Below, piece after piece: positions 24,506 through 39,500 of a stretch of 64,000 nt of DNA (positions are counted from its first letter, which is position 1; every line of letters starts with the position of its first letter). The stretch is from Phoronis australis. Its lineage: Eukaryota; Animalia; Phoronida. Below the pieces are notes generated by a model. The model ran no database searches. It was not told the DNA's origin and saw nothing but the letters and a program-made list of their open reading frames with translations. The stretch is taken from assembly GCA_002633005.1 (NCBI GenBank), contig NMRA01000513.1, positions 124,001 through 188,000 on the forward strand. Direction: 5' to 3'. Made by a program: the position numbers and the translations under genes.

Positions 24506-27500
24506 CTAGAATTGAAACAAGAAATAGCACAGCAAGAATTCATCAGGGTCAATCAAGGTTTGACATAGAAAACTGAAATAAATATCCACTTCTTGTGGAC
24601 TAGATTCTAAATTTGGGCAAAATCTTGACGCACGCTGTTGAAATCCTGACAACTTGCAAGTCCATTTACAGAATTAACGGCTAGGTGCAATAATGTCGTA
24701 TTCACCTCTGACAAAAATGCTACTTTATTGGTCAAAATGTTTGATTAAACTGCCAAACAATTGTGGCAAAATGTTTGTACAATTTTGGCACTTGGACAGA
24801 GTTCTGTCAATTTTTTAATATACTTTGAAAGCAGTACCTGTGTACAAGCTTGTTTTAAAGCTACATTTTGCCCTGTTCAGCGAGCTAAAAAAGAAAGTAT
24901 TCTACTCTCATAAAATCTGTCTCATGATAATCCTTAACATGACGGATTTCCACAACCAAAACGAACACGGAAACCATCAGCGACACAAGGTTAACCGGGA
25001 TTGGCCGACCCTACGCATTACCTATGGCGTGAGATGCCGTCTCATTCAGCGACAATTCAAGGCAGTATAAGCACGATAATGTTTTCAATCTCAAAACACT
25101 TTGGTTAAAAAATCAACATTGACAATAATTCAGCTACAGCACCATTTAGTACAAGTCAAGATACCATTTTTGGAAAAACTTGACAGTGGAATGTCAACCA
25201 TTCCCAAATTGTGACAATTATTCAACTCTATTCGTTGCCTCTCTTTTTTATGTCTGTCATGGAAACGACTGACAAATTTTTGCCATTATTGTTGGAGTCC
25301 AGTAATAAGTGACTTCACAGTAGAAGACTGTGCGATTAGGCTGAAACACGGAGACCGAAATGCAAGCAAGACCACTCATACTCCAGGAACTGAAATTGCT
25401 CCCCACACCACCTCACCAAGCCCATTTTTATATATTTCTACTGTCAAATCAGCAATTCAGACTATCACCACCCATGCCTTTCATAGTGCATAACTGGTCG
25501 ATCAGGCAAACTTGTAATCAACCATTGTGTCAGCAAATGTTAATTTGAAACGACCACTTGTACAGTCAGGTAAATAACATTAATTTGAATTTTCACTTAA
25601 ATGTTATTTAAAAGTGCTTAGTATTCACTTTAATAGTAAAATTACGAATATCTCTCCTTGAGAAAACCTTATCGACAGATTTTCGTCATGCATGATTTCT
25701 GAAGCTCAAGAAACCATTGTCCCACTGACAATACGTTCAGGGGCAAATTAGACTTAATCTGAATGAAGCAAGTGGGACAATGTTTAATGACAACTCCTGA
25801 CAACAAGTGATATAAAAGACCGTGTAAATACCTGAGAAGTTTTTAAGCTGAGCAATTTCTTCTTGCAGCTGAAGAATGTATGTTTCAAGAGAGGTGTTGA
25901 CTCCCCTCATAGACTGATACTTGGACTCTGCTGCCTGCGGGGGGTATAAAAATTATAATTAAGATATGCTGACACGACTAACAAACGGATATGCTCGGTC
26001 CAAATGCTCAACACAGTAGGTTGAACCAACAGTACACGCCAGATAAAAGTCCATAAACCTGTCATGACATGGCATGGTGATTTCTCCTGAAATCAGTAGG
26101 GGTCCACGACATTCAAGTGCTTTCATATGATAAATTTTTACCAATTTCACACAAAATCAATTGCTATAACTGATGCTTTTTCTTTTTTTCAAAGGCTTCA
26201 AACATTTTTGTGACTGTCCAGAATTTTTTAAAACACTACCACCTGGTGGCTATGTGGAGAACTAGTAAATGATAAAGTGGCCACTGTTTTTGCTTCTGAG
26301 GATGGTGTTTTAATAAAGACTGAAACATCAAGCCGGTTTAAATCCATTGCTGTTTTTATCAATTTATGCTGCTACTCGTTATTATGAACAAAATTTAATG
26401 AGAATTCTTTATTTCCTGCCACTTGTCTTTTAGGAAAAAAAATAATAAAAATGCCACATGTCTGCCATATTGTGTCCTAAATTGGTGAGCTTTTATCGAC
26501 GTAATATAATTCAAAAAGTTTCAAGGAGATCCGTGACTTCTTTTCACTTAACCCAGGAAAGCAAGCAAGCAAACATTCATGATTCCATCCAACAAATGAG
26601 CATCCACCCAACAAATGAGCATCCGTACAACAAATGATCATCCATCCAACAAATGAGCATCCAGCACCCTACCTCCAGCAGGCCCACGTGCCTTGACTTG
26701 ACAGACTCCATTTCCCTCTTCAGCTGTGCAATCAGCAAATCACGCTGCCTCCCCACATCCTGGCACTCAGACAGCTGACTCGACAACAAATCAACTTCAA
26801 GAATCTTTTGATTGAGCTGCTGTGTGGTGTCTAAAAACGATGGAAACAACAGGTGGTTACCTTAGAAATGGACTCAAAGGAGACTGAGATAAAAGCCTTG
26901 CAAAACTTGCTACAAAGCTTTCGTTTGCAGCAAGTTTGAGAGCCAAAACATTTTTGAAATGGTAACGTACAGGTGAGGACTTTTTAAAAATGTTGATGAA
27001 TTTTATTGTCAAAAGTGAGCATGTACGACAGACTGTCAAGAAATAATAAAACAAAGTATATAAAGTGAATTCATCAAGTTAGAATCCATATCTGGCTTCA
27101 CATTAAAGTATCATCCACAACACTGGAGGTGTGTCACACTTATCCACTAAACTAAGACTGAACAATTGTGACATGGATCAGTTCCACCCACCCCCCCACA
27201 AATTCCAGAGGTTATTCCCATGACATGCCTCTGGGCACTCATCAATAATCAAAGAAGTCAAATAATGAATGTTCGTTAACTTTGGAGATGACTAAGCGAG
27301 TACTCACGTGTCACTTCCTCTTTCAACTGTTCGATCAGATTCTCCGCCTCCGGCATAGGACAATGACTGATAGTGAGGCGTCGTATCTTCTCTTGGTACT
27401 TCTTGAAGACCTCGCCCTGCATGATCACCTTCTTGGTCAGGTCGTTCACGTGATTCTGCAACTGATCGGTCAGCGCAACCTTCTTATGAGCCATGACCAA

Positions 27501-30500
27501 GTCTTCGTTCAGCCTGAAAACTTTGTCCTTGAAGGTGGCCAGTGACTTGGTCAGTTGGTCATTTTCCTCCTTGTGGGTCACCAAAAGTTTCTTCAACTCA
27601 TTATTATTGTACTTGAAGTCTTTGTTGTCCTTAGCTAACGAGCTGATCTGAGCATCTTTCTGCTGTTCGGACCTGGCCTTGTCATCACTGAGCTGACGCA
27701 GTTTCTCTTGCTCAAGTTTGAGTGACAGCCGCATGTGCTGAAGCTCCTCCTCTTGCAGCCTCAGCTGGTCAAGCAAAGCCGCGTTCTGCTCCTCCAGCGA
27801 CGTGATCTTCACCACTTTCCCCAGGAGTCGCCGGTTACGCTGTGCGTGCATCTCTCGTTTGTGCCGCTCATACATGAGCTGGTTATGCAGCAGGTGAATC
27901 TGGCCTTTAAGGATGTTGATTTCGTCAGATGGGGGAGCACCTGATAGTGTGAAATGTAACCTTCTTTAGTAACATGTTGTGAAGGTACAGGGCTGTTCCA
28001 ATTCGACTGCTACTAACATTTAATGGTTGATTCTCATCAATTTAGGTCACAAAATGGTGTATTAGAGCAAATTTTTTATTTTTATTTTTTTAGAAAAAAT
28101 TTAAATTTTAATTTACCTGTCCAAATAAATCCTTACAGTTTTCAATTTCTACACTACAACTACCAACATTTTGATAAAACTCAGGGCATTTTAAACAATA
28201 TAAGAATGCCTTAATTTAGTAAATGCTCACAGCTTTCAGTCATCCTTTCCGTCTAAAATTAGCAAGATTTTACAGTGAATGCAAAAGGAAACTCGAAGTA
28301 CACTAGGGGGCACTAGTGCAGCAAGCGGCCTTTCCATAGAACTGCCCACAAAAGACCATTATCCTACGAAAGTCTCCATTTGATTAGGTATAACTAAATT
28401 TACTGCTCTTAACTAGACAATTCTTCATTTAATAGCACCCTCTATGGAGTATTTTATTGACAACCGCTTGTCTCTTATTCAATCCATGTAAACAGAAATA
28501 TTTCTGTTTAAATTACCATAACTAATGATCAACTCACATGTCAAGAAAGAAAGCTAAAATCAGCCTAATTCAGTATTCTTTTAAAGTGAAAAATCTCCTT
28601 CTATGATGACCAGCCCGGGAACTGTGTTTTTAGTAAAGGTAACATCACAAAAACCCTATAGCTGTGTTTGTGAAATAGTGAGCATGGCATGAATGTATCA
28701 AAAGCCTTCTTATAGAGCAGGGCACTAATGATGATATCCACAGGCAGATCCAGGGGGGTCAAGGAGGTCCGGACCCCTCTTTTTCCCTTGATTTTAGTGA
28801 TTCAAAGCTAGAATTTTCACATTGTTGACTTGGTCCCCCCTCTTTAAAAAATCCTTGATCCGACTCCACTTTTAAAAATCCTGGATCTGCTCCTGATACC
28901 CTTGTAAAAAAAAAAATTCACGAAGTCCAACTGACCCCCAAAATGTGTCCAGCTGATGGTGTGTTGACTAGTCAGAGGCAGCTTGCTCAACTCCTTAGCA
29001 TGGATTTCTCCGCCCTGACCAATGTGACGATCCAGTATCTCGGACGGAGAGAAAGTGGTATACAGTGGCGTCTCAGTTCCTGCAGGTAACAGTGGGAAGG
29101 AACATAATGTGATGGCAAAGCGTAACTTTTCCATCTCACAATGGGAAATCCATTCCCGTTTTGCAATTTAGATCATTATATTGCAAAAACAATACCTCCA
29201 CACACTTAATAAACGTGTACTTTTAAAAATCTCATGACACGTCTAGTGTCAGTGCAATATGGAGATTTTGGATTTAATGGGAAGTTTTTGTCAAAGACAA
29301 ACTAAAATGTGAAGCAGAACACGAAAAGCACAATGCGCTAGGAATGAATGACCACATCACGCTAACGAGATACGTGATGGGGCGACATCTGGTGGCAATC
29401 ACAGAAACTGCCACAGGGGTGAATGAAGAAAAGGTTGATTGTGAGTACTAGAAAATGGAACTATATAATATTTATACAACAGACTGATTGTCAAATTTTA
29501 AGTTTGAATGAAGGACTGTTACCAAAATATACTTAATAAATAATGCGAAAGCAATTAATTGCTTTTTTCTCACATGTGATTTTAAATGTTCACCTATAAT
29601 TTCTCTGCATCAAACTTGGTTTTTGAAATTTGTTAGAAATAAAACCTTCTTACCCAGACGGGTAGCAAAGGAACTATTCGCCGATGTCACTGATTGATGA
29701 CCCACAGCCGAGTGAGAGTCTGATGGACTGATGTAGGCATGGTCTAGGCACCTTTGACATTCTGCGATTGACAGGTAGGGCGTGGCATGCGGGAACAAGT
29801 GCATGTAGGGATATTTGGAGCAACCTTCTTCAAGAACAGCTGATGGCGGACGAATGTCACATGACCGTGGCCTGGGGGCAAACATTGGCAAGTTGTTGCC
29901 ACCGTGATCCTGAGACCTTGTCAGGCGTGGGAAAACATTTGTGCCCACTGAAGGTGCCACGACAGTGTTCACTAGCGATGAAGGAAGCGACGGGGTAACG
30001 TCTGTCGTCATAGCAACTGTTGTCACGACAGCTATAATTTCGCCATCCACCTCGTCGGCGCTTTCATTGCTTTGCTCAATGCTGCACTCTCCGCCATTTT
30101 GGAGGGGAGAGTCGGAACTCGAACTACAGTCACCCTCCTCAGCTTTGCCAGCGAACGAAGGGCAGGACTGAGCTCGGGTGGCACTAGTCATCTGCGACGA
30201 CTTCAAATCCTGCGATTCTTTTACCGTCATACTGTTGAACCGGATACGGTTCACGTTCTTCATGAACTGAGCCACCGACTCGGCCGTCATGGTGCCAGAT
30301 GATGGCGAGATGTCCATAAAGGAACTCTGGGAGCTGGCACCCGACGTGTGGCGACTCCTGGCGGTCAAGTGATTGATGTTACACACTTCTGGATCTACAA
30401 CAAAACGAAAATTTGACTCATCTGTTGAAATACATATATCCATAAACTTCAGTCAATGTGTAAACAGAAGTAAAAAGATTTTTCAGAATGAAGAGCATCA

Positions 30501-33500
30501 ACGGTGACAACATTGTACAAACAAATGCTTCATGCGCCTTTTCCCAATATCAATACACCGGGAAAAATTTCACATTTCTAAATAGGAGAAAGTGGGTGCT
30601 ACTCATGATCATGAAACATTAACCAAAGGTTTCATAAAATGTCAAGTTTTTGTTCAATTTACTTCAAGTGACCAATATGCCGGACACCTTCAAAATAATT
30701 CTTGTCAAGGCTTAATGGGACCAGTTTTACCCCTTTTCAGTAAAGTTTCCAATAAACGTTTGCAAAAATAATTTTATTTTTCAAAGCAAAATTGTCACAA
30801 AGTGAGCAAGACACAGCTTACTCTGACCGGCTGACATTTTAGGAGTTTACACACTGCGTAACAGAGGAACTGTCATTTTTGGCAATATTTTTGTGACAAA
30901 ACATCCTAAGTAACGAGCGCAAGTGATGATTGAAACTCTTGAGCACATCACAGTTCCAATGAACGCCAGTTCATTAACTTACACTAAAAATCCAGCCGCG
31001 TTCATTTATTAATTACCCATGCAACATTGTAGATAATGTTCTCTGTGACATCATCACAACCATTCCATGTATGTATGTATTATTAAAGCCTTCATTGAAC
31101 AGAGTTCCATATAGTTTTAGATACAATGGGCTAATCAGACAGTCCTAAAGAAGCCTCGTTAGCAAAATAAGAAAATATGAGTTTTTAATGTGAGTGATTA
31201 AAATCACTCAAATGTAGGCCCGTAAAAAATGATAGGTGAAGATGCCTTTTCGAGGACATTGGAGGCCAGTGGTGGCCAGTGGAAACCACGAGAAACATTT
31301 CACAAACATCAAATGATGATAACAGCTGTATTGAATATGGGCCTGAATAGAACACCATTGTGAGCCGGTGTTGCTAGCAGCTGTTCAAGTTAAAAGGTGA
31401 TTCTCGCTGTGACATGGACAAAAGGAAGCCAATAAGCCTAACAGTTCACTACATTTGACAGTTTATGGCCGTAGTGACCTATCATGTATCACACCTGCAT
31501 GACATTTTACTTATGACCTTGACCTTTACATCATGCTGGTTCTTGTACCTTTGAGAATGAGGAGTGTAGGAATGTCAGGAATATGAAGTTGTATAATTGA
31601 TTATTTATTAAACCCAACAAATAGTATGATCGCGGCAGTTTCAAAACCCACATGAAGAAACACCACTTAAATTCTACATACCGTCGATGTTATCCACAGA
31701 CGAGCTCTCACTAAACTGTTCAATGATCTGCGGCAGCGACTGAACATGCAACTGACGAGAGGGATCAGTGTCAGAGGTCGAAGGTCGCAGCTCGAACCCC
31801 GATCTCTGCAGTTTTTCTAACAAATTTCTCTCGCTCGTGCTTAATGTCATGGCAATGTCAGATGACGAAATTGGATCAGCAGTTGTCTGCTCAGTGGTAG
31901 CACAGACACGGTCCTCCTTTTCATCCTTTGAATTAGACAACTCGTTTAACGAGTCTGAAGTGAGATCACAACTTCCGTCTCGAGAGTTATTGCCTTTTGT
32001 CGATGACGCTGCACTGAGTTCTTTTTCCGTCTCAGAGAATTCGGCCATGTTGATTTTTCGTATGGCAGTCGGTTTGACTAGTGTGGAAGCTCCATCAGTG
32101 GAAACTTCTGGTAACGTTTTGCTTGACAACAGCTGAAGATTAGACGGCCGCTCACTTGTGAACTCGCGTTTCAGCGGCGAGTAAAGGGCGTCGGAGTGCT
32201 CCGGGATATAGGGGGACGAGGTCTTTGGGGTGCTTAACGGCAGGGGGCGATTGTCAGCGTTCTGCCGGTTGGACATAGAGTGTACACTCCGGCTGCTGCT
32301 TCTGTTAGATGCCTGACCCTGACGTGAATAAATAATTCACACAGACGTAAATAACGATAGAGAAAACTCACGTGCAACTTCCCCTGCATGTGAGGAGACA
32401 TAAAGCACTCTATGTAGCCTAGCATGAAAGCAGCAAAACTTTCAACATTCGACCAATTAAGACTTTCAAATCACATTTATCAAAGTTTCTGTCGTGTCAA
32501 CATGCAAATAAGCTCCTATGATCAACAGACAAGATATTATTTTTCGAACGGGACATTTCCGCATAAAACAAGCTTACGATGAACATTAAACAAGAACACA
32601 TCCAGAAACCACAGGACATTACACTGGGTTAAGTAAGATCTAAGCTTCGAGTGTCCTGCCACCCAAACTCTGAGCGTTCTGTCACTTCAACACAATGCGG
32701 GTTACAAGGTAACCTCACCTGGGCACTTCGCTCAAACTGATCCACAGTGGGGCTGTCCCGTGGGGTCTCCCAAGGGCTGGGCGCCGGTGTGCTGGTCATA
32801 CCTGGGGTAATTAACATATTAATCAGACATAAAATTATAATCTAATAACAAATAAATCCTTAAACATCCCAGGGACACTGTGCAGCATGACAGCAAACAT
32901 TACTAAATCGACAATATTTTCAAAAAACCATTTATCAAAGATCGTAAGAAGTCTGGGATGTGGACTGCCATTTGTGAGGCCCAGGGTGAAGACCAAGTGT
33001 TCAATGACCTCAGCATAGCACTAACTGTCCTCTTAAACACCACAAATTCAGAGCAAAGCAAGACACAAATAGAATTCATCAAGTATCATTTTTTTTGCAA
33101 AAATATAAATTCATTTTCCAGTGTAAATAAACATAATGTACAGCAAGAGATTTAGGTAAAACATTAATTGCACACACACTTCACCGCAATGTGCCTGAAT
33201 TGCACGCAGTGACATTTTCTGTATCTCAAAGCACGTTCTTCCCAAGTCACATAACGAGAAGAACGACTTGGTGGCTGCAAAAGCACACTGAAGTATGATC
33301 GCAAAAATTTCTAAGTCCGCGCACCACCTGTTGGCCAAATCAGGAGGCGTGCGGAACAGACTTAAATGTTTGGGACCCAAATTTCCACGCTGGTTCAAGA
33401 TTTTCACATTGATTCATAAACTGAAGTATGATGCTACGCAAAACATGAAAACTAACTGTAGAAGCCTTGTCCTACGTGTGAGTGGCATACATTCAATCAG

Positions 33501-36500
33501 AAGATCAAGGCTGTCTCAGTGCTGGAGCCAAAAAGTTCTGTCCCTGAGCAAGCCACTTTAACTCTGTTGCTCTACATTCAGTTTGTGTCGTGAAAAGTGA
33601 CTTTAAGATTTAAGACAGAAATCTGGTCTTAACCTCCCACTTCACAGTAACTAACTAGAAATATTTTATGCAAACTATCTCTATTAGAAGTAATTTGTAC
33701 AAGTCATTCTCAGAGGCTTTGGATATTTCCTTTTATCTTTAACGCATTTGCAATTTTAAAAGTGAGCTTCTTTTTAGGTTTCAAAAACAATTATATAGTA
33801 TACATTCCTGTTTGATTACAGTGAAAAGCGGGATTTTTTGCATGCCTTGTTAATATTTATGTCTCAAATCCATTGTTTTTTAAACCTAAAAAGAGTCTCA
33901 CTAGTCTTTTTAAATGGCAACTGCGTTAATAAGACTTTAATATAAAGTAAGATCTAATTAATATTTTTTCTGAAATGGTTGTGTGGGGGCGTAAGACCAA
34001 TTTTTTTACTTTAGTCTTAATTCACATTTCATGAAAGCAGACCCTTAGTTGACCTGGCAGCATCAATGACTACCAGCCAAGCTGGGAAGTAACCTGCGAC
34101 GGACCAGTATCTCTTGCAGGGTGACATGAATAACTCTCATCCACTAGTGAAAGATTTCTTTCAATATTTTTCTTACCCGTCATGGGTGTGTGGGGGGTGT
34201 GCGTGTGGGAGGGCGTCGTCCCGCTGTGTCCCGTTACGCTGGTGTGAAAGCCGGACGTTTCGTGGGAGGGGGGAGGTGTAGTGAGACCACATGCGAGGGA
34301 TGGGCTCCAGAACGTGTTGAGGTAACTACTGGACAGCAATAGGCTCTGCTCAGACAACTGTGACTGACTGCGGACGACTTCCTCTAAAAGATAACATTAC
34401 TTCGTTCAATAATAAAGCCACAGGCAAAATATATTTTTTATTTTAGGAAACAACCCGTGAAGGACTAGCCACACGTGCTAGAGTCGAAAAACTGCACTCA
34501 TAATGCAGAAACCACATAGGAACCGACCTGTGGAGGATTCACTTTTTCGTTAGCCATTACCGCAGTGCCAACAAGTCTCATTCAGTTAATCCAAGACTGC
34601 ATACCGGAGAAATAGAAAAATAAAAATAAAAGTAGTACGTCTCTGGTGAAATGGATCGTGTAAAATTCATGACAAGCTCCACGAAAGACTGCGGATCAAT
34701 TCACCTTCCCTACCTTGACACGAATGTGACAGGCTGGAATCTCTGTGTTCCAAGGAGTACTGTATTGACGAGTGCCTGCGGCTGGTCCATTCATCCCGCA
34801 TTCCTTCCACAGGGTCCAATGACATGCGGGCACACTCTATGACAATGTCGTGTGTTTCCAACTTCTTCCACCTAATCCGACAAGAATTTGATGCTACACA
34901 GAAAACTGATGCCAAGAAAAACGGCAAAAGTCACTTATAGGGCTCACGGATTTTGAAAACCAGTTTGATGGCCATTATTCAGATAATAAAACTGGTTCTC
35001 AAAATACGGAGCCCCAGTAAAGTGACTTTTACCAGAAAAGCTACCCTGCTTAGAATCCAACAGCACACAAAACTAACACGATTCTTCACCTTATGGTAGC
35101 AGAACATTTTATTTCAGACCACATAAAAATAAAATATTACTGTCCATTTCAGTTCAAAGTTGATGTTGAAAATCGAACGTTTTTAATTCTTCACACCAAA
35201 CTGCTTAAATTTCAGCCTAAAAAGTCGCAGTAAGTTCTGCAAAGTTATGCCTCTAAAATCTTGGAAATTTCTGCAAATTGACAAAAATTCTTGCTGACAT
35301 CGATCACTCCAATATCTTCTGGGGAAATTTGGGTTCAGCGGAGAGCTTAGGAAGGACTTTACAGCTCGACAAGCCCAGGAGTCTGTGATTGACTGGCTTC
35401 TTTTTGGAAATAGTGCAACAAAAATGGCCATGTACCTTCTCCTGACCTCCTCAAAATGTTAACAGACAATAGATTCACTTGGCTTCGGCATGAAATGTGT
35501 AATTTTACTGGATTCCTCTATTGACAAAGGTATGAAAGGGTTTACGAATGAGAGTTAGACCACGTTTGTAAAACATGCTCCAATTTCCAACTTCTGACAG
35601 AATAATCTCCCTTACGTGGGCCAGTCTTCCTGTCAGAACAGACAATATGTCAGTTACATTTTATCATCTTAATAGATTAATTATTACTATGTCAGTGACC
35701 TGACTGATTATTAATAAACTCATACCTGCTCGAGCAGAAAAACTAGACAAAAACATCCCCCTAACATCATAGACTTAGCGTTGGTGAACCATAAAAATAA
35801 GTTATGCGTTAGGCATAAGTGGTGAATAAGGTGCTGTTCTTACCATTACAGCTTTTGCTCCAGTGCATATTCACTACACAGAGGCTGGATGGCAGAATGC
35901 CCCAGACACCCCGTATTCCGTGCATAACTCACCTAGATGTAGGTGACCTACCTGTCGGCCGTGCCTTCGCGTTCTTTCGAGGACAAAATCAGCAGCGGGT
36001 GAAACCGTATCCTCTCCAGCAGAGGCTAGAATAGCGACACTGTCTGATGAGAAATGTGCACAGGACTGTTGACCACTAAAGCTAGCACTGATTAGAACAA
36101 AAACGACACTATGTGAAGGTTTTTAATGCACGACAAAAAATGGCAAAATTTCACAAAAACACACTACACTAAGAATTTTTCCTTCCACTCCCCTACCAAA
36201 GTTCTATTACTATAATTCTTATAAACCACTGATTTTTCTCAAATTATGCAGAACGACGCTATTGGTCACATAAGGCTAACCATGATGGGTGCTTTAAAAT
36301 TTTACAAAAGGGCGTGTCTTATGGAATACATGCCCTGCAATTAAAACAACTGTTAAAACATTTATGAAATGCATCAAACGTAGAAGTCGCAATTAACCAT
36401 TATGATCTACACCTGGAGATTTCTAAGATATCTGCAAACGATTGTGGGAATACAGAATTCTAAACAGAAGGGCAACAACCAACGAAACTATAGAAAGCAC

Positions 36501-39500
36501 ACCAGGCAACAGGTGGCGAGTAAAACAGATATACCACAATGCTCCAACTGTAAATATTAGGTAACTGCAAACAACTTATGAAAATTGGCTTTCAGGCTTC
36601 ACACTCAAGATCCCCTTAATGTTGATGATATTCTTCATAATGAAATACGAATGACTGAGAAGAGAGCCTGAAGCCTGAAACTTGACCAACCAGACCTGAC
36701 GTTTCTCTGTACGAGACTGCATCAACAAGATGAGGAAATACCTTGATGGTTTCGTCAAACATGTTCCTGTTCTCCCGTCGACTGTAGAATGCACGGAGGT
36801 AGTCGAGGAAACGGCAGGGGTACATACCGTAGAGCTTGTGGAAAAAGCTGGAGATGGCGACATTGAGGTGTAACAGGAATACCTGCGGCACGTTACCTGG
36901 GAAAATATTTTCACAATTTTCAGTTTTCTCTAGTTTCTCTAGTTGCACTAGTTTCACTAGTTTCACTAGTTTCAAAAGTTTCAGTAGTTTCACTAGTTTC
37001 AATAGTTTCACTAGTTTCAGTAGTTGCACTAGATTCACTTTTGATGATTACACTAGATTCACTTTTGATGATTACTTTCATTTTTATCATTTTGATTATT
37101 TTTATTATTTCTATTATTATTGTCATTACAGGCAACATGGATACAGCATAGATCAGAACAGGTTTGCCAGTTTGATAATTATTTTCTAATGGGATTACCG
37201 CTTCTCGTTTAGTGAGCAAACGACTTACTTGTCGGAAATAAAGCCATAACTCACAACAGGCACCACTACTGAATAACGATGCCTTTTGCACGAGATCACA
37301 CGTCCGTCAACCTGGCACTACAACTTAATGTCATTCCATGATTTTGACTACGCTCACACAAATAATGATTCTTGAAGTAGAATTCCAAAAAATACAAATT
37401 ACAACAAATCAATTAGACATTTAATAGAGTGGAGCTTGCTTAATGTCACACCCTCGATTTTGATGTAAGCATCATATATGATAATAAGAGTGATACTGCT
37501 TTAATTCCATTCAGTGCGTTCCAACTTGGCGGTGATCGTAACGACTCTCATCAGTCGATCACGATAGGAGTATAGACCAGCAGGAAGACAGCTAAACAGG
37601 AAATGACTATCACGGTTGCACAAGTTGCACAAGTTGCACTAGTTGCACTAGTTGCACTAGTTGCACTAGTTGCACTAGTTGCACTAGTTGCACTAGTTGC
37701 ACTAGTTGCACTAGTTGCACTAGTTGCACTAGTTGCACTAGTTGCACTAGTTGCACTAGTTGCACTAGTTGCACTAGTTGCACTAGTTTCACTAGTTTCA
37801 CTATTGATTAATACTTTATACTTTTTATCATTTTTATTATTTTTGTCATGATGAGCAACATGGATACAGCACAGATCAGAAGAGGTTTGCCACTTTTATA
37901 ATTATTTTCTGATGGGATTGCCACTTCTCGCTTAGTCATTAGTATTTGACACCATTTAATACAGTGGAGCCTGCTTAATGTCACACCCTCGATTTTGATG
38001 TAAACATCATATATGATAATAAGAGGGATACTGCTTTAATTCCATTCCTTGCGTTCCAACTTGGCGGTGATCGTAACCACTCTCATAAGCGGATCACAGT
38101 AGAAGTGGAGACTAGCAGGAAGACAGTGAAACAGGAAATGATTATCATGATGATCACAGTTATCACGGTTATCACGAATTGCCCGAGTTGCCCTAGTTGC
38201 TCTAGTTGCACTAGTTGCACTAGTTTCACTTTCGATTATTACTTTTATTTTTATCATTTTTATTATTTTTATATTTTTATTATTATTGTCATGACGGGCA
38301 ACATGGACGCAGCATAGATCAGAACAGGTTTGCCACTTTGATAATTATTTTCCTATGGGAATGCTGCTTCTCGATTAGTGAGCAAACGACTTACTTGCCG
38401 GAAATAAAGCCATGACTCACGACAGGCACCACTACTGAATAGCGATGTCGCTGTGCCTTATGCACGAGATCACACGTTGTCAACTTGGCACTACAACTTA
38501 ATGTCATTCCATGATTTTGACTACGCTCACACAAATGATTCTCGAAGTAGAATTCAAAAAAAATTACAAATTACAACAAATCAATTAGGCACTAAAACTT
38601 TCCAGTGCGCTCCGTGACTGAATTTTCAAAAAAGCGGTTAAAGTTGGTACAAAATTACTGGAAAGATGGTAGGTATACAAATTTGCTAACAGAAATTAAC
38701 CCAAAGCTGATGAGGATCACTTCTGGAGCTTTTTCATGGAATTCAAACTAAATTACTTTATTTTCCATTTGTTGTCATTACCATTACTGGCCACTATATG
38801 TGAAAACGACCCACCAGCTGACAAAAAGATTATTTTTGATGGAGACCAATTAAATGACTAGTACTGAGAGATTAGAATTGATCTCTGATTGTGGTGAGAC
38901 CTGGCAGTTCATTAGTTGCTTAAGGCCACTCTCTTCACATACAGTGACTCCATCTTTCATTATAAACATTAAATATAAAAACAATAGCGGACAGTCATGG
39001 ATATATCAGGTGAGAGCTTGCGTGATCTTGCATTTTTGCAGTCCCTTGCGTCTATGGAGCGCAGGTCGAGTTAACAGACAAGCTCAATTTAGTCATTAGT
39101 ATTTGACACCATTTAATACAGTGGAGCCTGCTTAATGTCACACCCTCGATTTTGATGTAAACATCATATATGATAATAAGAGGGATACTGCTTTAATTCC
39201 ATTCCTTGCGTTCCAACTTGGCGGTGATCGTAACCACTCTCATAAGCGGATCACAGTAGAAGTGGAGACTAGCAGGAAGACAGTGAAACAGGAAATGATT
39301 ATCATGATGATCACAGTTATCACGGTTATCACGAATTGCCCGAGTTGCCCTAGTTCCACTAGTTGCACTAGTGTCACTGGTTGCACTGGTTGTACTGGTT
39401 TCACTAGTTTCACTTTTGATGATTACTTTTATTTTGATCATTTTTATTATTTTTAATATGTTTATTATTATTGTCATGACGGGCAACATGGACACAGCAT

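Noticed and set aside
27282-32136. Plus-strand ORFs overlapping TSC1 exons
   Set aside because: Antisense shadows of the coding exons.
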